Positions 11,101 to 23,596 of a stretch of DNA of 32,000 nucleotides are shown piece after piece. Positions within the stretch are counted from its first letter, which is position 1; each line of letters starts with the position of its first letter. Source of the stretch: Zygophlyctis sp. KS116 (Eukaryota > Fungi > Chytridiomycota); contig BAAFSQ010000022.1 of NCBI GenBank assembly GCA_054661495.1, positions 30,001 through 62,000 of the forward strand, read 5' to 3'. Made by a program: the position numbers and the translations under genes. The notes beneath the pieces were generated by a model that was given only the letters and a program-made list of their open reading frames with translations, did not search any database and was not told the origin of the DNA.

Positions 11101-12935
11101 GTAGACGTGTCATTAAATCCTTAATGAAAGATCCAAAAGCTAGTGAGGCCGACTTAGCTCAGGTATGTTATGATTTTTGATGCCAAATACAGTATGATAT
11201 TAGACAAAAAGCTTTGAAGCTCACTGCAAATAGTATGTATGGATGTCTTGGCTTTTCCCATTCAAGGTTCTATGCGAAGCCGTTAGCTATGTTGATTACA
11301 TCCAAAGGACGTGAGATTTTGCAGAATACTGTGGATTTAGCAGAACAGCAGCAGCTAGAAGTAATTTAATAATGATTGACTTAAAGGTTATCTATGGTGA
11401 TACTGATTCGATCATGATAAATACAAACTTAGATGATCTAGCTGCAGTCAAAAAAATAGGTGTAGAATTTAAGAAAGCAGTAAACAAGAGATATAATTTG
11501 CTTGAAATTGAAATGGATGGATTTTTCAAGCGTATGCTTCTTTTGAAGAAGAAAAAGTATGCAGCTATCTCCGTTGAAGAGAAGAAAGGGGGGATAGTCG
11601 AAACATTGGAAACTAAGGGTCTAGATCAGGTTCGACGTGATTGGTGCGAGCTAAGTCAAGAAACTTCAAAGTATGTAGAGAATTTAATTTTTTAGATATG
11701 TCCTCAATCAACTATTTTCGAATTTCAGCCGTGAAGAAATGCTGGAAAATATCCACCAATATCTGCAAAAAGTTGGGGAAGACGTTCGAAAGGATCTTGT
11801 TCATTTATCTAAATACGTTATCACAAAGGTAAATCAATATTTTCACCCAATAATATTAGAGTTTGACCAAAAATCCAGAAGAATATGCTGACCAAAAGTC
11901 TCAACCCCATGTACAGGTTGCATTATCGTTGAAGTCTCGTGGCATTGGAGCAAAAGTTGGTGATGTTATTCCCTATGTTATATGTCAAGGCGATTCAAAT
12001 TTGATTGCTGCAAGAGCGCATCATCCCGACGACTTTGCTCAACCAAGTTCAACATTGATTATCGGTAAATTTACAGATATTTTTATTAAAATAGATAAGG
12101 AGTGGTACCTAGCTAATCAAATTCACCCACCAATTGGTCGTCTTTGTGAGCCTATTGATGGCACCGATTCAGCAAGAATCGCTGACTGTCTAGGTAATCT
12201 ACAAGGATTTTAATGAAAGGTCTTGATGCCAAAAAGTTCCATGCTGCATCAGCTGTTTCATCTGAAGAGTTTTACACGTTTGCTTCGCAGATTTCAGATG
12301 AAGAGAGGTTTAAAAATGTTAGAAAATGGACTCCAGTCTGTCCTAGTTGTAATGAGAAGAATGAATTCCAAGCTGTGTTCCGTAGGCAGGTAGGAAATTG
12401 TATGCTAATTCTAGGATGAATCAACAATTTGTTCCTTAATTTGTCCGAACCCCACCTGCCAACAGGTTATGCCTTATGCATCCCTGGCTTGTCAGTTAGC
12501 TGTATTTCTCCAGCAAGATGTAGGGAAATACTCTGATTCATGGAAGCTTTGTGATGACTCAGCTTGCCATATGAGAACCAAAGCCAATTCGGTCTTTGGC
12601 GTGAAATGTTTAGTGTCTGGATGCAAGGGGTCTCAAGCGCTAGAGGTACTATTTTTCTACATATTCATAATAAGTATACCGACGTAATGCTGTGTAATCA
12701 ATTATTATACATGGAAAAGCTCTTTGATTTAAATCGAGCAGTGCTTAAAGAAAAAGACGATGGTATGTTTACTTTCATCTCTGAGGATTTAGACAGCATT
12801 AAAAATGCATGTGGAAATTTCTCTTCGCAGCTTGTCCATTTGAAAGGGATAGTAGATCGTTACAAAGTTAAAAATGCAAGAATGTTTGTAGATCTTAAGG
12901 ATTTGTTTACTTTTACATCAAAAAATAAATCATAA
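8152..12935 (+). CDS. POL1: DNA polymerase alpha catalytic subunit
   Basis: Motifs [57 protein letters not shown] and YGDTDS, plus C-terminal Cys clusters. About 21 introns of 24-31 nt. Confidence 0.97.
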
Positions 12936-12955
12936 TTTAAACATTCTTAAATACA

Positions 12956-13606
12956 TTATCGTAGCACAAATATCTCGAAAGCTTCTTTTGAATCTATTTT
13001 ACGAGTTGGAACATTTTGATGAATATGACTGATCCAAAAATAGGAAATAATAGATCCACAAAAACTAATCGCACTAGAAACAAAGAAGATTATGATGAAT
13101 GGAGTATAAGCTCCCCTCAAATATTTACTCATTGAAGCCTCGCAAGCATCAATAGAATCAATCTTACAGGAGAATAATTCAATCCAACTTTCACGTACGT
13201 TACCGGGTGCATTGTCCCATAATAGTCTGGCATCAGCGTCTGAACTGCGATAATGCATAACAGAAGCTATTCCAAAACCAAATTGGATTGACGCAGCAAG
13301 AACTAAAAGAACATCACCTATCCAATTGATTTTCCATGTTTCCCGATAACCTCCAAAACATAGAGCAATAGCGCTGATTAGACCAATGCATCCAGATAGA
13401 ATTATCCCTTATTATTTATAAACATAATATTTACCAATCATAATATCGTCCGGAAGCATTTCTCTTCTGATAAATATAGAATGGCCCAGGCCTATTATAT
13501 ACGCCAGTAGAATGTAGCATAAGCAGATTCCTAGCATTACAAATGTACTTAGAAAATGGAACAGTTTACACTTGTCTTTTGACATTCTTAAGTAATCAAC
13601 CGACAT
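12956..13606 (-). CDS. Four-TM tetraspanin-like membrane protein
   Basis: Three N-terminal TM segments, a loop with two Cys, then a fourth TM segment; intron at 13408-13434. The canonical CCG motif is absent. Confidence 0.55.
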
Positions 13607-13746
13607 GATTTTGATTCCTATTATAGATCCGCCAAAGATTCAACACCTCCGCTCCGGGCAAAGCAGTAAATTTTTTTTCGGATTTCCCATTACTGGGTTT
13701 CTGGATTCCAGTCAAACAAACCTCGGCCTTAACCTGCAGACTTTGG

Positions 13747-14388
13747 ATGCAGTTACCAGCTGATATTCCCTTAAATTTCAGGCAGCGATCAGTCTTTTTC
13801 TACAATCAAGCTCTAGTCAAGTATTCCAAAGATGAAGCGCATGATTCCCGTCTAAATTTGAACCAAATCGTCAATCATTCACAATCAGTAAGAGATCAAG
13901 CGTTGGTGTTGGAGCGACTGGATTGGGATATTGGATTACAAGTTTGCTGTCTCAGTTTAGAAGTATCAATAATTCTCAATGATGATAATGCCCTGGAAGT
14001 TTTAGATTTTTATTATTTGAATCATTTGAGAACATTGAAATTGTTGAATGAAAAGGATTTGATTAAAATAGAAGCGATTTGGCTCATGTATAAATTAGTA
14101 ATTAATGGAGAATCGGGAATGATTAAATTCGGACATTTGATGGAGCTCTGGAAAATTGGAAATTCTGAAAGCAATCCAAACGATTACGATCTTGAACGAA
14201 TTCAAATCAGAAGCTTGAACAATATTGGATGTTTATTAGGTAGTTTGGCATTAAATCAACTATTAGGACAAAATAATTTTTTACATGCATCTTCCAATCA
14301 TTTTCAAAGGGCATCATCAAATCCGTTCATATTATCTCCTGAAAGGGAAACCATTCAGCATAATAAGACCATACTTGACAAGCTTTAA
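13747..14388 (+). CDS. Helical-repeat protein resembling the N-terminal part of CNOT10; start uncertain
   Basis: FFYNQALVKY, QVCCLSLEV and LNNIGCL...HFQRA recall CNOT10 TPR segments. Recognised by eye only. Confidence 0.45.
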   Translation: MQLPADIPLNFRQRSVFFYNQALVKYSKDEAHDSRLNLNQIVNHSQSVRDQALVLERLDWDIGLQVCCLSLEVSIILNDDNALEVLDFYYLNHLRTLKLLNEKDLIKIEAIWLMYKLVINGESGMIKFGHLMELWKIGNSESNPNDYDLERIQIRSLNNIGCLLGSLALNQLLGQNNFLHASSNHFQRASSNPFILSPERETIQHNKTILDKL

Positions 14389-14395
14389 TATATTT

Positions 14396-15947
<1,552 letters not shown>

Positions 15948-16100
15948 GCCGCTCCCTGCCCTGATCAGCACTACCTATGTTATCAACTACCCCTAAAGTT
16001 ATTTACTCTGGCCTGCTAACAAAACTGACCATGCTTGGCTGATAAGAATTGTCAAAAAGTTTTAATGTAAATTAATGTAAATAAAATATATTTTGTAAAA

Positions 16101-16962
16101 CTACCAGTACTCTGCAGAATCCTCACTCCTCCAATCTTCATTAATCTGCCTGTCTCTTGAATATTTTGTATTAAATGGCATTGACCTATCCCATATTAGA
16201 GTCTGCTTCATGGAAGATGATAAATGTGAATGTACTGATTCTACTGGTTTTTCTTGTCTAGAATTACAATCTAGAGCTACTGATAATTGAGATTTCTTTA
16301 CTGGAATGACAGACTCACTAATCTTTTTTCTAGGTTCTGTTAAAAGTGGAATTTTTGAAAATAACGGTGAAGGAGTCCATGACCATTCTGTAGAATAAGA
16401 AAATCCATCATCATCTTCTGAATAATCTGTTTCATCTTCTTCTACTAGTTCTCTCTTCATTTCTATAGATTCTATAGACTCTATAGAACCAGAATCACTT
16501 AAAAAGAATGTAGCCTTTTCCTTTTCCAACTTTACTGTAGACAGATCTCTTGAAGATTCCAGCTCTATCAAGAGTTCCTGACTAACCACATGATCCAATC
16601 CAATGATATGATGAGTCTCTGAAGCCAAAAGAAAGTTTCCATTGATACTATTAATGTCATTTTCCTTTCTATTCTCATACATTGGAGTAGAGAGTACTTT
16701 AGAGAATGATGTAGACATTGGAGATGAATTCTTTTCTTGACAAGGGACAGGGAAATGAGTAGATCTGTACCATAGTCTCCAAGAAATGTTTTCCAGCCTT
16801 CTTCCATTTTCCAAATTGTCCTTGCATTTAGTAAATACTATTATTAATAAAAGTAATGATACAGTTCCAGATTGTCGATAATTGCTTTTCATCAATGGAA
16901 GACATTTTAGACAGATTGTCTATAGCAAGAAAGAGAACTGGTTGTTCGGAAAGCGTCGACAT
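16101..16962 (-). CDS. Fungal DUF1752 (AreA-N-like) / DUF3295-type regulatory protein
   Basis: After splicing 16838-16862 the protein reads PVLFLAIDNL...IWNLFTKCKDNLENGRRLENISWRLW; the C-terminus contains LSSSMKQTLIWDR. Confidence 0.8.
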
Positions 16963-16993
16963 TTTTTAGATTTTTTTGCGTCGTCTGACATTT

Positions 16994-17024
16994 CACGTGG
17001 CAATCACATTTTCAAATCACGTGA
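16994..17024. promoter_or_regulatory. Two CACGTG E-boxes in a divergent promoter
   Basis: CACGTG at 16994-16999 and TCACGTGA at 17017-17024, within the 147-nt gap between the DUF1752 and TRS20 start codons. Confidence 0.5.
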
Positions 17025-17109
17025 ATTTGATCTTTTGATCGAGAATATTTCTACAGCCTCTTAAAGAACCTCTACTATTAAAAACCTACAGCCTAGAACC
17101 TATTAAAGA

Positions 17110-17511
17110 ATGTTTCTCGCCATTGTCGGAAGCAATGACTCTCCTCTCTACCAATTAGTACAATCCTCACAGTTGGACTTGCATCTCTGCCAATTTATAT
17201 GCTATGCAAGTCTAGATTCTATAAGCATTGGTAGTATATATCAGAAACAAATTGACAAGTTCAAGGATGTGTTTGTCTCTGCATACGTGACATTTTCAGG
17301 TATTTTAGAAATTGTAAAGATAGGAACGAAATTTGTATATTTGCATTCAGTGTCAGCGTCTGCAAATTCAGAAAATATAAAGAGTTTCTTTATAGATCTT
17401 CATGAATTGTACGTCAAAATACTCTTGAATCCGCTATACACACTGAATTCTAGGATAGATTCTAGTGATTTTGATGCTAAAGTTGGGAATTTGGCTAAAA
17501 AGTGGTTGTAA
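17110..17511 (+). CDS. TRS20: TRAPP complex subunit Trs20/sedlin (TRAPPC2)
   Basis: Motifs AIVGSNDSPLY, QFICYASLD, VSAYVT and FFIDLHELYVKILLNPLY. Probable in-frame intron at 17300-17323. Confidence 0.88.
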   Translation: MFLAIVGSNDSPLYQLVQSSQLDLHLCQFICYASLDSISIGSIYQKQIDKFKDVFVSAYVTFSGILEIVKIGTKFVYLHSVSASANSENIKSFFIDLHELYVKILLNPLYTLNSRIDSSDFDAKVGNLAKKWL

Positions 17512-17612
17512 AATTGTTTTTATTATGTAATTGCGTCCAGAATTTAAAAAAGTATATAATTTAATTATGCTCTGGAAAAAGATTAAAAACTTTTACAACA
17601 ATTTTTGCCAAA

Positions 17613-18799
17613 TTATCTTAATCTAACCAAATACACTCCTTGCCTTTTATCAGCCATAGATCCGATACTCCAAGTTACTCCACGTGAATTTAAAAAGCTT
17701 TCAACACTAGGACATAAAGAGGAATAGGATTTACGAGAGTGATTTCCTGTGCCTGTTATCAGAGTCAGGTTTGAATTTGGGCTTTGGGAAAATACTAGAG
17801 ATAAAATAGAAGAAATTTCTTGAGGGTGGAGACCATGAAGATCAATAATTCCATTGGTTTTCCAGTCTGGATTCCTTTCAGAAAATAATTTTACGGCAGC
17901 AGATGCATGCAGATTTTGTAACTGAGAATTTAAAGATTGGGCTTGAGAAGAATAGGCTTTAGCAGCAGCCTTATTCCCTGATAAATAACATTCAGTTGCT
18001 CTATTACTTTTAAAAAGAGATTTTACCTTTGAAACAGCTTGTTTCTTTCTAAAGCTACTTGGATAGCAGTTTCACGATGTTTAAAGTATGAAGTTGCCAA
18101 AGTATCCCCTGTACTTACCCAGGGAATATCTACTAGAATCTGAGAAGACTTTAAAGGTCTTGTCGGGGTAACAGATTCAAGTTTAACATCTTTCCTATCT
18201 GTTCTTTTCACTACTTGACCATAATTTGGAGTATTAAAATTAAATAGAGTAGAATCTGAGGTTTGGCCTAATGTAGGAAATTCAAGAGAATTGAAAACAA
18301 CATTGTTTGTTTTTATATCATTCTTAACGGTTGGAGCTTTATCGTTTGAGACAGAGTTCAGCTTATCATAGACTTGATCTCCATGCATAAATTGACAAGA
18401 ATCCCCTCGATTACATGATCCCATAAGCCAATATTTACAAACTTTAGCATCTAAATCATGCGAAAACCAACAGTCCTTTCTATAACATCCGCCTGATAAA
18501 AAGTGGCGACAAACTTGCTTCTTCTTTACAGCATCTTCATGATACATTTGATTAGTAGCGGCTTCAAGATCATAGCCATGATCAGCTAATAGCTTTTCAA
18601 TATCATCGGAAGACATTTGAGGGAAAAGATTAGATAGCATTTGAACTGGAGAGTAAAAGTCTATAGAGTTTATTTGATCATCTTGATCATTGGTCGGATC
18701 ATTTGATTCATTAAGTAAATCTCTAGTCCAATCATCGATTCTTGAATAGTCTTCTGCTTCGGGTGCTGCAAGTGGTTCAAAACCAGGCGGAAAACTCAT
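17613..18799 (-). CDS. CUE/UBA + two CCCH zinc fingers + DUF1771 + Smr domain protein (putative endoribonuclease)
   Basis: LSNLFPQM...YDLEAA (CUE-like), two C-x7-C-x5-C-x3-H fingers, and IDLHGL plus LITGTGNHS (Smr). Intron at about 18001-18026. Confidence 0.85.
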
Positions 18800-20460
18800 T
18801 TCAGGTCCAAAATAGCCTGGCCCTTGTCGTCAGATTCAATTTTGGCTGTCCTTGATCCAAATTGAATGGCTCTTTTAGGCTCGCTAGATACCCCAGTACA
18901 TTTCAGTTCATGATGACACAGCAGCCTAAGTAATAATTTATCTCCCATTCCTTTAGGATATCTAAGATCCATCTTAATAAATATGGGGATTTCAGAAACT
19001 GTTTTCAACAAGTTTTCATCGAGAAACGGAAATCTGACTTCTTTTCCATGGTCAGAAATGATTCGATCATCTCTTCCAAGATTTCTTGTTGAAATTCTAT
19101 CCATATCCAATTGTATTTCTTGTAAAAGTCCTTCCCAACCATGATTTGAGAATGATGATGAATGTCGAGAGTATCCCCCAAATAATTCATCTGCACCAAG
19201 CCCACTCAGTAGAACCTTTGCGGTAGTTTTATACGGTTTAGAATTCAAATATCCTATACATAAACTTAAAAATCTTACCAATACCGGAACTTGCAAACCA
19301 TAAAGCCATAGCTATGCTTAAATCCATGACTGATGAACATGGGTACATGAGTTTTAAAACTCTTGGTTTAGCTTCAATATATTCCTTGAACGGAACGTTA
19401 ATTTCAATAAAATTCCAAATTCTATCAGGAAATCTAAAAGACAATTCTTGATGAGAACGCCTTCCAGTTATCCTATCAGGAACATCAAAAGATGAATTGG
19501 ATTTTCTTGGATTTTCAAAAGCTACATTTAACAAATCAATCGGCTCATCCCGATTTAAAATAGCATGAGAAATTCCTGCAATTATAGTACAGTCTAATCC
19601 TCCAGAAAACAATATAGCTAATCTAGGTCTACTTTGATTGCCGAGACTTTGAATACAGGAAATTCGTGATTTTAAAGAAGCATAAAGAACCTCGTACAAA
19701 GATCTTATAGCTTGATGATATTGATTTGTAATGTTAAAATCGTAAAGATTTGATTTGGGAGTATAATCCTCTAGAGGCAATTCAAGATTTAATCTTGGTA
19801 TACCCTTTTTATCTAAATCACTCCACAAGACATGCTTGGAATCCAAGTCTAAACTTTGATCTAAATAGTATAGACCAGTCGTAGAGACCTCTTCCCATTC
19901 ATCGTCTCCTAGAAAATCCTAAATTTAAATTTAGAAATTAAAAATACTGTTGCAACTGATGCCAAAACTATAGAGTCTTTTGACTTCAACTTGAGAAGGG
20001 ATCTCCTACCTAAAAAGTCCCTACCATAATATAACCTTTGTAATGATTTTTTCCAATATACAAATGCAAAAGGACCAGTAATGCCAGATATGATTTTTAA
20101 TATTCCTTCATGAGACTGTTCCTCATTCAATAATTTTGATAGAAACTCTGTATCATTTCCCATTCCCAACTGATTGTAGAACTCTCCGCCAAATATTTCC
20201 CCATTAAACAGTAACAAGTTGCCATTAATTTCAGTGGGCTGGATAACTTTATCTCCTCTTAAATGCAAAACCCATCCATGCATTATGATTTGCAGAGTTT
20301 GAGTTTGGAAAGTCTTGATAGAGTAAGCGTCGGGACCTATATTTACTGATAGTCAATTACCTCTATTCTTGTTTAATGAATCTTGTAATGCCGAAAGCTT
20401 CTGATTCGGACTAATGCAATCGCTTGATACTGTACTAACACAGACTGCTAATCCGCACAT
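18796..20460 (-). CDS. ASNSD1: Asparagine synthetase domain-containing protein 1 (YML096W-like)
   Basis: N-terminal MCGL, then RGPD, VLHLRG, FNGEIF, LFSGGLDC, GLGADELFGGY, RNLGRDDR and KRAIQFG. Three short introns. Confidence 0.93.
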
Positions 20461-20471
20461 TCAAATTTGAA

Positions 20472-21437
20472 ATGGTAAAAGAAATTTCTGTTCAGGAAGC
20501 TGCTCTCTATGATCGTCAAATTAGACTATGGGGAATGGATGCTCAGGCTAGAATGCGATCAACGCATGTCTTGGTTGTTGGGATGAATGGCCTCGCAAAC
20601 GAAGTTGTAAAGAATATCGTTTTGGCAGGGATTGGAAGATTGACTATTCTATCAAATGATCTAGTAGGAGAAACCGGATGTCAGTTTTTTAGTAGAAAGG
20701 AGGATGTTGGATTCAAGCTTGATAATGCATTACCTAGAATTCAGGCATTAAATCCAACAGTGCAAGTAGAAATTGATACAAGATTCTGGAGAGATTTAGA
20801 GGATGATTACTTAAAGAAATTTCAGCTGATAGTTTTATGTAGCGGGGATCAAAATGATTTAGCTAGGATGAATGATTTTTGTTCAAGGCTAAAGATAAAG
20901 TTTCTAGCGAGTAGATTAGATGGGTTTTATGGTTTTATTTTTTCAGATTTAGGAACTGGATTCAAGTTTAAAAGGTAATAAATATAAAGTTTTGAATCTA
21001 GGCAAGCAGATACAGATTGGAAAACAGTAGATTTTGTTTCATGGAATGTTGCCACTAGACACACTTGGGATTCTCGTGGTTTGGCGGGAAAAGCAGAAAG
21101 AAAGTTTAAGAGGAGTGTTTCTCACGTATACTTTTTATATGCTATACTATGGAAATGTTCTGAATGCAAAATTAGTTTCAAAGATTTTGATGCAGTTTTA
21201 AAAGTGAAAACTGATCTTTTGGCCGAAATGGGAGTTTATGACGCTTTTATTTCAAGTGATCTAATTCAAGACTTTCTTGGGATGATTGGAACAGAGATTG
21301 CTCCATCGGCAGCAATATTGGGTGGTGTATTAGCTCAAGAGATTTTAAAGATTATTTCAGAAAATGAAATGCCCATCTATAATTACTTTGGATTTGATGC
21401 ACAAGAGCCCAGTGGAATAATTATGTCTCTAAAATAA
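20472..21437 (+). CDS. AOS1: SUMO-activating enzyme subunit 1 (Aos1/SAE1)
   Basis: Motifs EAALYDRQIRLWG, NEVVKNIVLAGI and AAILGGVLAQEI. One intron at about 20975-21001. Confidence 0.9.
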
Positions 21438-21485
21438 TATTTACGATTTACAGATTTTAATCGATAGATATTTCCGAATTTGAGA

Positions 21486-23588
21486 ATGACAGAGGATAAT
21501 CAGGAATTGAAATCTGACTGCAAGAAAAGACGTGCTCATGACATAGTTTGGCTAATATTGTTTATCCTCGTTCAGTTTGGAATGATTGTCTTGGTTATCT
21601 TTTCAACCAAATATGGGAGCGTTGATCGGTAGGATGCATTCAAAATTCTAAATCAAGGTTGAGATATGGAAGGGACTCTCTAGGGAATTATTGTGGGACT
21701 CAAGTTGGCAGAGATTCTGAAAGAGATTTGGTTGATTCGCGTTATCTCTACTATTTCGACTATTTAAATACTTCAAGTTATAAACGATGTTTGACTAGCT
21801 GTCCTACATCATCATCTTTAGTTTGCAAATACGATGTTGAGCCTATGAATGCATCTAATGTAATAGCAATAGTAAGCAACGCGAAGCCGATGCAATTAGT
21901 CACTAATGATTGTATTGCGGGAATTCCCAGTAAATCAATCGCATATAGATGCATTCCTCAAGCATTATTTGATGCTGTGTTGGATTCTGGATCTTTGAAT
22001 GGAACCAATTCTACAGTAAAACAATTGACATCTACACTGACGGCTGAACTAAATTCAAGAACTTTAGCACAGACAATATTTCAAGATTTATATCCATTTT
22101 GGTGGATAATATTGGCATCGCTAGGAATCTCTTTGGTTTTAAGTATAATTTGGCTTCTTTCTCTTCGAATTACTGGATCATTATTTATTTGGACAACTTT
22201 GGGGCTATTAATATTAGTCGTCAATGCTCTGGCGGCTTTTCTAATTTATAATTACGTGCAGATAAAGGTTTTCAATCAGGAATTATACAAGACAGGATTT
22301 GAAAGAATAGATAACAGTCTCATGAATGAAAATCTACTTTTGGCATTATCTATTGTTGCAGTGTTGATCGTTCTGATATTTATAACTTTGGTTTGCTGTA
22401 GCTTTAGAAGTCTCAAGATTGGAATAGCATTATTGAACGAAACAACCAAAGTCTTTAAAGCAATGCCTCTAATGACTTTCTATCCAATCATAAAATACGT
22501 GATAATTTTGGGAGCATCAGCACTCTATCTATATACTGTTGCTCTTCTATCTACTTCGGGGGAAATGATTACTGAACAGCTAAATTCTGAAGGGGCTAAT
22601 CAATCATCAGCATTAAGCAATACAACTGCAACTTCTATTCTTAAATTCGAACCTAATGTGTATCATATAATATTGTATTTTACTATTTAGATCATATCAG
22701 TATTTAATCATTTATGCGACTTTTTGGTATTTATGGTTTGTAGGATTTATAGCTGCTGCTACTCATTGTGTAATTGCAGGTGCTGTTGGCACATGGTAAG
22801 TTAAATCTATAAACAGTAGGTATTGGACTTATGATAAAAAATCACTACCAAAAAATCAAATCTCTAGATCATTAGGTAGACTATTGTACTATCATTTGGG
22901 ATCTATAGCTTTGGGTTCTCTACTAATTGCACTTTTCCAGATGCTTAGAATAGTTTTAACATATTTGTACAACAAAGCCAAAGCTTCAACCAATAAAGTT
23001 TTGCAGTATGTTTTAGCTTGTGTATTATGTTGCACTACTCTCATTCAAAACGTTTTAAGTCTTATTAACAAAAATGCATATATAGAGGTAGTTGTTTTAC
23101 GTTAATATACAGATTGCTGTGTATGGCTATTCTTTCTGTAAAGGCGCAAAGATCGCATCTTCAACTTTATCTCGAAATGCAATTCAATTCATTGCTATTT
23201 CATGGATCTCTGGGTTTCTATCACTTTGTGGAAAGTTTTTAATTTCCTGCCTTACATGTATTGCGGCTATTGTAATGTTTAATCATTTTGTGGGAATGGA
23301 TGCTATTTCATCTAATTTTGCTGTTTTGATAGTCGTAAGTCTATTTTGGAATTCTCATGTAATTAGATTGTATTTATCATGTCGTACTTTGTTTCGGACA
23401 TTTTCATGACCGTTTTTGAATCAACCGTCTCAACTGTCTTCCTTTGTTTCTGCGAAGATCTAGAAAAAAACAACGGCACCACTTCCCCATACTATATGTC
23501 TGATTCTCTAAAAGCACTGTTGCATCATCGTTCTGCAGCTTTTGTTGGGGACCAACACAGAAAAGAAAAGTCCGACGGCGGTTTTTAA
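21486..23588 (+). CDS. Choline transporter-like protein (SLC44/CTL/Pns1 family)
   Basis: Motifs HDIVWLILF, YGRDSLGNYCG, YHLGSIALGSL, NKNAYI and FLCFCEDLE. Five introns of 24-32 nt. Confidence 0.9.
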
Positions 23589-23596
23589 GAAATTAA

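Noticed and set aside
19919-19934. 16-bp palindrome CTAAATTTAAATTTAG in an ASNSD1 intron
   Set aside because: It is almost pure A/T and lies in a normal-length intron, so chance is plausible; kept only as a caveat.
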